A stretch of DNA of 64,000 nucleotides. It comes from a virus. Shown here one piece after another: positions 41,606-48,646 of this stretch. Location of the stretch: positions 96,001-160,000 of the IMG/VR virus record IMGVR_UViG_3300032315_001604; one strand, written 5' to 3'. The notes beneath the pieces were generated by a model, which saw nothing but the letters and a program-made list of their open reading frames with translations, searched no databases and was not told where the DNA came from. A program made the translations under genes and the position numbers. Each line of letters begins with the position of its first letter. Position 1 is the stretch's first letter.

Positions 41606-42085
41606 TTATTCAATACGTTCAAAATCACCTTCAATCATATCAATGCTGTTTGATTTTTTCGAAGATTTATCAAACAATTGAGACATTATTTCGTCTCTTG
41701 TAGCAATTAAAACATTAGTTTGTGTTGATTTAAGAGCTTTACTATTTGATTCAATTTCCATTTTTTTAATTTCAACATCATTTATTGCTTGTTTGTTTTG
41801 AAGATTGATTTTATTTAATTGATCTAATGCTTTTGTTGCAGCATTTATTAGTTGTGATAAAGCAGCAATCTCTTTTGGATCACTTCCTGTAAGAACATTG
41901 TCTTTTAAAGATTGAACTGCTCCTAAAGTTGATTCTACCAATTCAGAAGATTTTTTATAAACATAATCACTAACGTTTTCATCAGTAACTTTTTCTTTTA
42001 ATTCAATTTTTGTTGTATTTTTTGTTTCAGGTACAGAATCATTTCTCAATTCTTCTATAATTGAATCTATTTCGTTGACAGCCAT
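41606..42085 (-). CDS. gp16: terminase small subunit-like
   Basis: DPKEIAALSQLINAATKA...LNK...TNVLIATRDEIM resembles the T4-like gp16 helical core and tail; TAAATA upstream. Confidence 0.55.
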   Translation of the reverse strand: MAVNEIDSIIEELRNDSVPETKNTTKIELKEKVTDENVSDYVYKKSSELVESTLGAVQSLKDNVLTGSDPKEIAALSQLINAATKALDQLNKINLQNKQAINDVEIKKMEIESNSKALKSTQTNVLIATRDEIMSQLFDKSSKKSNSIDMIEGDFERIE

Positions 42086-42172
42086 TTTATAGAAGTATTT
42101 ATCAAAAATAAGAAGAATTCCATATGTTTTTAATGCTTGATTTATTCTTAAAATAACCTATACTTCAAGAAG

Positions 42173-43099
42173 ATGACATCGTATAACTCTCTTTGGGTTG
42201 AAAAGTATCGCCCAAAAACTTTAAAAGAAATTGTTTTAGACGAAGACAATTACGCATTTTTTTCATCTTTAAGTGATGAAACCCCTCATATTATGCTATG
42301 GGGAACGCCAGGTATAGGAAAAACAACATTAGCAAAAATAATTGTTAATGATATTTTAAAATGTCAATATCTTTACATTAACGCTTCAGATGAAAACGGC
42401 GTTGATACTATTAGAAATAAAGTAGTTTCTTTCTCTCAAATTAAGTCATTTGATGGTAATAAAAAGGTTGTTATTTTAGATGAGTCTGATGGTTTGACAA
42501 ATGAAGGTCAAAGAATTTTAAGAAATGTAATGGAAGAATATGCAGAAAACACAAGATTCATTTTGACTGCAAATTATTTCAATAAAATTATTGAACCGAT
42601 ACGTTCACGTTGTTTATTGTTTAATTTAAAACCACAAATACCTCAAATCTTAGAAAGATGTCTTTATATCTTAAAAGAAGAGAATATACAAATTGATGAA
42701 AAAACTAAAAATGATCTTTCTTTTTTTATTGCAAAAAGATATCCCGATTTGAGAAGAATTATTAACGATCTTCAAAAATATTCAATTGATAAAAATTTTG
42801 ACGTAGAAGATAAAACAGAATTTACAAATTTTGTAGTTGATATACTTAGAAATCTCTTAAAAAAAGAAAACGTATTGGCAATCCGTAAAACTATTATTGA
42901 AAAAGAAAATATTTTTGAGGGAGATTATCAAAAATTATTGGGTGAATTTTTTAATATAATCTATCAATCAAAACTTGATGATAAAAAGAAAAAGTCGGTT
43001 TTAGTAGAAATTGGCGAATATATGTATCGTGACAATTTTGTTTTAGATCACGAAATCAATTTCTTTTGCTGTTTATTAGCAATTGAAAATATTTTTTAG
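42173..43099 (+). CDS. gp44: clamp loader large subunit (RFC-like AAA+)
   Basis: LWVEKYRPKTL, GTPGIGKTT, INASDENGVDTIR, ILDESD, LRNVMEE, PIRSRC, PDLRRIINDLQ. Confidence 0.95.
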   Translation: MTSYNSLWVEKYRPKTLKEIVLDEDNYAFFSSLSDETPHIMLWGTPGIGKTTLAKIIVNDILKCQYLYINASDENGVDTIRNKVVSFSQIKSFDGNKKVVILDESDGLTNEGQRILRNVMEEYAENTRFILTANYFNKIIEPIRSRCLLFNLKPQIPQILERCLYILKEENIQIDEKTKNDLSFFIAKRYPDLRRIINDLQKYSIDKNFDVEDKTEFTNFVVDILRNLLKKENVLAIRKTIIEKENIFEGDYQKLLGEFFNIIYQSKLDDKKKKSVLVEIGEYMYRDNFVLDHEINFFCCLLAIENIF

Positions 43100-43647
43100 G
43101 CGTATCTTCTTTCAACTGCTGGTGAAGCAGGAATAGCAGTATTTTTTAATGGCAAATTGCTATCTTTAGGTTGATTACCAATATTAATTTCTATTTTTAC
43201 TGGTTCTGGTTTAGTTCCAATAGGTTTTTCGTATTTATTAGGTACTCCTTGCACAGGGGGAAGATTTACCCCAAAGTTTAACACTTCAACATAGTCCCAA
43301 TTACCAGGAACGGTAAATTCACTAATTTCTGTTGGAGTTGACACAGTTCTAGGATCATTCTTCAAAATTAAATAACATGTTCCTGTTCCTTCGTTATCGT
43401 TAGCATCCTTAACATTTTGTTCTGCGCCTCTTCCTGCAACTCTTTTGATAAAGAAAAAGTAATCATTCTCGATCATGTTAGTTAACCAATTTACAAAATC
43501 AGTGTCTTTACCATAATGTTCTTGACAATAGGGGCTGCTTAAAAATGCTTTTTTAACTTTAACTGGCGAACCTTCTCTGAAGCCACCATTTGAATAATGA
43601 GCAAAAGCTGTTTCTAAAAGAGTATCAAACTTATTAAATTTCTTCAT
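43096..43647 (-). CDS. hypothetical late protein
   Basis: TAAATA upstream; MKKFNKFDTLLE N-terminus. Confidence 0.6.
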   Translation of the reverse strand: MKKFNKFDTLLETAFAHYSNGGFREGSPVKVKKAFLSSPYCQEHYGKDTDFVNWLTNMIENDYFFFIKRVAGRGAEQNVKDANDNEGTGTCYLILKNDPRTVSTPTEISEFTVPGNWDYVEVLNFGVNLPPVQGVPNKYEKPIGTKPEPVKIEINIGNQPKDSNLPLKNTAIPASPAVERRYA

Positions 43648-43682
43648 ATACTGTTAATATTTACCATAAGTATTTACCTAAA

Positions 43683-44189
43683 ATGGCTACAGTTCGACTA
43701 GATAATTTAATTAAACCTAGACAAGCAAATTCTCCTTTAACTACTCTTTCCAAAGAAGAAGAAAAAAATTTATCAGTTTTTACAGATTTAAAGTTAGATT
43801 TAGAATTGGCAAACTCTATAGGGGTTGGTATAAATCCAACACAAGCTAAAGATATTGTAGTATCAAATGATATAGAAGCAATAAGAAATGCTTTATATAA
43901 CATTTTTACCACAAAAAAAGGACAAAAATTACTAGATCCTGAATTTGGTTCATCTTTAGAACAATATTTGTTCGAAAGTGTTAGTCCAATTATCGGTAAA
44001 ATCATCGGTGATTCTATAGTCAATTCAATTGAAACATATGAGCCAAGAGTCGAAGTTTTAAATGTTACAGTTTATCCAAATCCTGAAGAAAATCTTTATA
44101 AAATCAAATTAACTTTTAAATTTGTTGATATAAATAAAACATCATCAATAGATATTTTAATTGAGAAAAACGGACAAATAACTCTCTAA
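43683..44189 (+). CDS. gp25: baseplate wedge subunit
   Basis: [30 protein letters not shown]...LFE...IETYEPRV. Confidence 0.92.
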   Translation: MATVRLDNLIKPRQANSPLTTLSKEEEKNLSVFTDLKLDLELANSIGVGINPTQAKDIVVSNDIEAIRNALYNIFTTKKGQKLLDPEFGSSLEQYLFESVSPIIGKIIGDSIVNSIETYEPRVEVLNVTVYPNPEENLYKIKLTFKFVDINKTSSIDILIEKNGQITL

Positions 44190-44190
44190 T

Positions 44191-45819
44191 ATGAGAAGAA
44201 GAATAACAATTGACAGTTCCAGAAGCAATGACTTAAATAAAAAGATTGCCATTGTTAAAAATCTTGGATCTAATGAAATTAAAAGAGCACCTGCAAATGC
44301 TTTTTTAAATGTAAATGATGCTGTCAGTAACACATTAGGTCGAAGACAACCTGTATTTTTTGAAGTTGATGTTGATTTAAATCAAAAAGTAGAAAACGTT
44401 CTACCCAAAAAACCTTTCAGAGATATTATTCAACCATTAGAATTAGAAGAAAACAGAAATGATATTATAGTTACTGCAAGTCGTTTGGAACCGATCCCAA
44501 CACCAACACCTACACCAACTCCTACCCCTACACCAACCCCACCACCTGCTATTTGTGTTTTTGGTGCAGGTACAAGTATTGTTAATGGAACTTATACATA
44601 TTCATCAAACTTAACATATAGCAATATATATGGAATTGTTTTAAAAAGAAACGCAACAACATTAAAATGGGAAATAAATCAAAATTCAACCAATTTATAC
44701 GATAACAATTATTCAGGATATGAACTTCCAACGTTTGGATGGAATGTAACAAACGGTTTGCCTAATGAGCCATCTATTTCACTTTTCCCTTGCCCGACAC
44801 CTACACCATACGTAGATTTGAATATCAGTTGGAATATGTGCGGATATACTGTTACAGCATATAATCCTTTATATAATGAAAACGACAGACCTAGAATAAA
44901 CACATTTAGAACCGATGGTTCTTATGTTGTTTATATGTCAGCAGGTTATGTTTTATATAACCCATACACATCATTAACAAGTATAGCACCATGGGGTAAC
45001 AGAACTGTTGGAACAGAAAGTATAAGCATACCATTAACAGAAGGACTTTCCGCAGGAATTGACTTATTTACAGCAATTAGCAGTATGCCAATTCCTATTT
45101 TTTCTCCAGATATATCAAATTGGTCTGTAGTTGATACAGGAAATTATAGAGAAAGAAAATATCAATTTATTGTTGGAAGTGAAGGAACATATAATATTTC
45201 TATAAATTATTGTGTACCTGTACCTACCCCAACACCAACACCAACACCTACCCCAACACCTACCCCAACACCAACACCTACTCCTACCCCAACACCAACA
45301 CCTACCCCAACACCTACCCCAACACCAACACCTACCCCAACACCTACACCTACACCAACACCAACACCAAGTTATACCCCAACTCCTACACCAACTCCTT
45401 CTATTACACCTACCCCAACACCTACACCTACACGCACACCTGAACCATCACCTACTCCAACACCACCCCCTACCCCAACACCGCCGCCGCCAACACCTAG
45501 TATTACTCCAACACCATCACCAAGTCCTTCACTTTCGCCATCACCAAGTCCTTCACCAAGTCCTTCACCAAGTCCTTCACTTTCGCCATCACCAAGTCCT
45601 TCACCAAGTCCTTCACCAAGTCCTTCACCAAGTCCTTCACCAAGTCCTTCACCAAGTCCTTCACCAAGTCCTTCACCAAGTCCTTCACCAACACCGCCAC
45701 CTCCTTCATCAACACCGCCACCTCCTTCATCAACACTGCCACCTCCTTCATCAACACCGCCACCGCCAACTGAACCGCCACCTACGAAAAACGTAACAAC
45801 AGCGTCAATGCCTTGGTAA
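44191..45819 (+). CDS. virion-module protein with long Pro-Thr/Pro-Ser (mucin-like) tracts
   Basis: PT linkers separating two globular domains; C-terminal PT, PS and PPPSST repeats. Confidence 0.7.
   Translation: MRRRITIDSSRSNDLNKKIAIVKNLGSNEIKRAPANAFLNVNDAVSNTLGRRQPVFFEVDVDLNQKVENVLPKKPFRDIIQPLELEENRNDIIVTASRLEPIPTPTPTPTPTPTPTPPPAICVFGAGTSIVNGTYTYSSNLTYSNIYGIVLKRNATTLKWEINQNSTNLYDNNYSGYELPTFGWNVTNGLPNEPSISLFPCPTPTPYVDLNISWNMCGYTVTAYNPLYNENDRPRINTFRTDGSYVVYMSAGYVLYNPYTSLTSIAPWGNRTVGTESISIPLTEGLSAGIDLFTAISSMPIPIFSPDISNWSVVDTGNYRERKYQFIVGSEGTYNISINYCVPVPTPTPTPTPTPTPTPTPTPTPTPTPTPTPTPTPTPTPTPTPTPTPTPTPSYTPTPTPTPSITPTPTPTPTRTPEPSPTPTPPPTPTPPPPTPSITPTPSPSPSLSPSPSPSPSPSPSPSLSPSPSPSPSPSPSPSPSPSPSPSPSPSPSPSPSPSPTPPPPSSTPPPPSSTLPPPSSTPPPPTEPPPTKNVTTASMPW
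45217..45783. repeat. 6/12-bp coding tandem repeats (ACACCA/ACACCT; CCAAGTCCTTCA)
   Basis: Direct reading; encodes the (PT)n and (PS)n tracts. Confidence 0.9.
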
Positions 45820-45834
45820 TAATAAATAATATAA

Positions 45835-47652
45835 ATGCCATACTACTATCAACAAAAAATAGCAGAAAGATATTTCACATATCATAATCTATGTCATGAT
45901 GGTGAAAAAATAGAAAACAATAAGTTATATACTTTATTAGCACCTCAAAAATTTGGAACACTAGCTAAAAGTATTCCACCGTATATAACAACTAGTTTTT
46001 TATTATCTGGTGGATTGCCAACATATTATAACAACCTTGGAGCACCTGATCCTACTATCAAATGGAGTATAGTAGAAATACCAAATCAAATACCCGATTT
46101 AAATTTGATTACACCATCAGTAACATCATCAATTCCTATAAAAATATCAACAAGAAATCAATTTAGCTATCCGTTTTCGATGGTCATAAGAAATATGTAT
46201 TTCAAATTTAGATATTATATGACGCATCCCGCATCAGCAGCAAAGTTAAATCAGCCGAATCCTACTGGACGTTGGATATATAGCAGAAAACCAGCATTTA
46301 TAGAATATTTTACAAGATTTAATTATTTTAATTACGACTTTAAAAGAAAATATACCAATAATACTGTTTTATCTGCATATGGTGTAGATTTAGATTCATA
46401 TTATTATAACATTGTAGCATCAGACAGTAATAAAAATGTAACATATAAAGAAGTTAATGTTACATCAACAGATTTTATTGATAATAATACAATAAAAGAA
46501 TCTTTAAGTGGTTCATTTTTAAGTAATAATATAAATTCAAATATTAGAATATATCCTTTTAATTATGATTTATCAACACATCCTATTGATTTAAATACAG
46601 CCTTTGGCCATAAAGTTCGTTTATCAGAAAAAAATTTATTAGTTAGTGATCCTTTATCAGGCAATGGTAGAATATATGTTTATGCTTTAAACAAATATAT
46701 AACAGGAAATAAAATATTGCCTGATAAAATTTTGACATCAAATTTTGTTTTATCAGGATTTGGTAATGTTATAGAATATAAAGAAGTTAGAGATAAATCT
46801 AACAAAACATATAAAGAAGTTCTTGCCGTTTCAACACAAACAGCAAACAATTCAAGCGTTGAAATTTTTAGTAATAATTTTGTTACTAAGATAAGTGGAG
46901 TAAAAATGTTTAATCTTTTGAATATTTCTATAAGCGGTCAAAGATTTAGAAACGTTTGGTTTTCCAAAGGAATTAATCAAGAAAACTTAAGTGGTACTGG
47001 TTATTATGGTTATGATTTAGGATTACAAGTACCAGATACTACTTTTAATAAAACAACAAACGTTTTATATGTCAGTGAACCATATAACAATCAAGGAATT
47101 GTATATGTTTATGGTTATCATAATTTTACAAATACTTGGAATTATATCACATCATTATCTTCCGCAAGTGCATTAAATTATGGAAAAAGTATTTCAGTAA
47201 GTGGACCATATGCAATTGTATCTGCTCCAAATAGTATTATAAGCGGTGTTACAGGAGCATTAATAGATGTTTATAAATTTAGCACCTCAGATTTAAACGG
47301 TGTTCCATTATCCGCAGGTACAGCATTATTTTTAGACGGTGAACAATACGGTTTTTACACTTTAGAAAAAACCGATGAAATTTTTATTCCGTCAAATAAA
47401 AATTTAGGAAAACATATTGATTATAATGAAAATCAGTTAACAACTAATTTTTTAAATAGAAAAAATATAAATTTTTACGGAAACCATTTAGCTATTACTG
47501 GAGATAATAAAACAGAAATATACACAAGATATTTTGATAAATTTGAAAAAAATTGTCAAATATCTTCTGCAACAAAAAGTAAAATTTGGGAAAATATAAC
47601 ATATCAAATAAGTAATAGTGCAGTATTTTTAAATGCTGCAAGAGTTCTTTGA
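45835..47652 (+). CDS. virion protein with FG-GAP-like beta-propeller repeats
   Basis: FGHKVRLSEKNLLVSDP...GRIYVY and YGKSISVSGPYAIVSAP; TAAATA 6 nt upstream. Confidence 0.55.
   Translation: MPYYYQQKIAERYFTYHNLCHDGEKIENNKLYTLLAPQKFGTLAKSIPPYITTSFLLSGGLPTYYNNLGAPDPTIKWSIVEIPNQIPDLNLITPSVTSSIPIKISTRNQFSYPFSMVIRNMYFKFRYYMTHPASAAKLNQPNPTGRWIYSRKPAFIEYFTRFNYFNYDFKRKYTNNTVLSAYGVDLDSYYYNIVASDSNKNVTYKEVNVTSTDFIDNNTIKESLSGSFLSNNINSNIRIYPFNYDLSTHPIDLNTAFGHKVRLSEKNLLVSDPLSGNGRIYVYALNKYITGNKILPDKILTSNFVLSGFGNVIEYKEVRDKSNKTYKEVLAVSTQTANNSSVEIFSNNFVTKISGVKMFNLLNISISGQRFRNVWFSKGINQENLSGTGYYGYDLGLQVPDTTFNKTTNVLYVSEPYNNQGIVYVYGYHNFTNTWNYITSLSSASALNYGKSISVSGPYAIVSAPNSIISGVTGALIDVYKFSTSDLNGVPLSAGTALFLDGEQYGFYTLEKTDEIFIPSNKNLGKHIDYNENQLTTNFLNRKNINFYGNHLAITGDNKTEIYTRYFDKFEKNCQISSATKSKIWENITYQISNSAVFLNAARVL
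47607..47640 (+). promoter_or_regulatory. late-type promoter (AATAAGTA) and 5' hairpin for the ribozyme RNA
   Basis: TAAGTA at 47609-14, then TGCAGTATTT-TT-AAATGCTGCA (47619-47640). Confidence 0.55.
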
Positions 47653-48014
47653 TAGATAACATTTAAGATTGGGAGAATTCGGTGAAACTCTTCTAAAGAA
47701 GACAATACCGAGCCGAGCCGTTTTTAGGATAAAGGGAAACGGAAGGTGTAGAGACTAGAGGATGAGCCTAACAATAAGCCTCACAAGAACCCAACAATTT
47801 TATATTTGCGAAAATATAAAAATTGAAGATATAGTCCAAACTTTATGGTGACATAAAGATTAATAAAATGACGCTTCTAAACGGCAACGTCCACGGACAT
47901 CAGCGCAAACTGGAGGTACGCCCCTTTGGCGGCGTTACCAAAAGGGCTTAGAAACAGTGGCTGGCTCCACCAAGGTACAAAAACGTGCCACATTAAATGT
48001 TATCTATTAAAGAA
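47645..48014 (+). ncRNA. circularly permuted group I intron (opened in the P2 loop)
   Basis: P3 47669-73/47790-94; P4 47678-83/47707-12; P5 47689-93/47698-702; P6a 47718-23/47737-42; P7 GACUA 47753-57/UAGUC 47832-36; P7.1-type insert; P8 47795-47825 (GCGA loop); P9 47841-58 (GUGA loop); omega-G 47870; P1 47974-78/47985-89 with U.G; split P2 47645-66/47993-48014. Confidence 0.85.
47871..47976 (+). ncRNA. predicted 106-nt circular RNA product (back-spliced exon)
   Basis: Lies between omega-G 47870 and the U.G splice site U47976; GC-rich and structured in an AT-rich genome. Confidence 0.7.
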
Positions 48015-48588
48015 ACTTAACTTTTTTCTGTTTATACAATTTTTGTATAATATTTTTTTCCCAATCTCCATCATGTTCTTTGGGTTTAGTATAAGATTTT
48101 TTAACCCAATAATGATGTTGATTTGACAAATCTTTTGAGAAATTATCAAGTCCTGCAATATACACGCTATCGTATAAATTTTCTAAAAGCCAAGAAATAA
48201 CTAAAACTCCACTAGAAGGAATTAAATTATCCGCTTTTTCTTTTAATAAAGTTTCTTCTTTTAATTTTTTTCTTAAACTATGATAAAACGATAAAGGAAT
48301 TCTCCATATTTGTTTTGGCGTATAGGGAGGATTTCCAGAATCTCCATGAACATAAAGAATTTTGTTGGGTCGAATATCATCATCTGTCGGTATTTGTTTA
48401 TCTCCCAAAGTACACCATACTGTTGTTTTACTGCCTACATATTTCTCATAACCTTTTATAGCAAATTTATTAAATCTAAAAATTGTATCAAAACTATCAA
48501 TTATTTTACCTTTTTTTTGAAACAGTAAAGAAGGTCCATTTCCTATAATAATAGCAGAATTTTCTTTTTTTAATTCTAATGGATTCAT
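48007..48588 (-). CDS. GT29 (sialyltransferase-like) glycosyltransferase
   Basis: IIIGNGPSLL..KKG.IID.FD.IFRFN...GYEKYVGSKTT (sialylmotif L-like), PSSG..VI..L...D.VYIAGLD (S-like), HHY, EHD...E (VS-like); start placed at MNPLE. Confidence 0.8.
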   Translation of the reverse strand: MNPLELKKENSAIIIGNGPSLLFQKKGKIIDSFDTIFRFNKFAIKGYEKYVGSKTTVWCTLGDKQIPTDDDIRPNKILYVHGDSGNPPYTPKQIWRIPLSFYHSLRKKLKEETLLKEKADNLIPSSGVLVISWLLENLYDSVYIAGLDNFSKDLSNQHHYWVKKSYTKPKEHDGDWEKNIIQKLYKQKKVKFL

Positions 48589-48593
48589 ATAGA

Positions 48594-48617
48594 TTTTGCG
48601 TAAATAATTACGCAAAA
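48594..48617. promoter_or_regulatory. perfect 10-bp inverted repeat between divergent genes
   Basis: TTTTGCGTAA-ATAA-TTACGCAAAA. Confidence 0.5.
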
Positions 48618-48646
48618 GTAAAAAAACTCTATAAGTATTGAAATAA

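Noticed and set aside
45210-45796. His/Gln-rich and Val/Lys/Asp/Leu-rich overlapping ORFs; CRISPR-like array
   Set aside because: These are alternative-frame shadows of the 6/12-bp Pro-Thr/Pro-Ser repeats; there are no unique spacers.
47619-47870. Ordinary (non-permuted) group I intron at the end of gene 45835-47652, using the 47619-47640 hairpin as P1
   Set aside because: Not favoured as the main reading: it gives only 1 bp of P10 with ACG, has no local P2, and leaves the downstream P1, P10 and 22-bp helix unexplained. Kept only as a possible alternative mode.
47962-47972. tRNA-Ala/tmRNA-like 3' end GGCTCCACCA
   Set aside because: No T-arm (GTTCRA) upstream and no matching acceptor 5' strand; it would also be internal in the circle.
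47871-47992. Small self-cleaving ribozyme or known riboswitch (hammerhead, pistol, HDV-like, c-di-GMP) in the GC-rich segment
   Set aside because: Required conserved cores could not be placed by eye on either strand; an Rfam scan is still warranted.
47645-48014. MITE or transposon with 22-bp terminal inverted repeats
   Set aside because: No target-site duplication was evident, and the arms abut P3 and P1 exactly as P2 strands should; a G.U-type mismatch fits RNA pairing.
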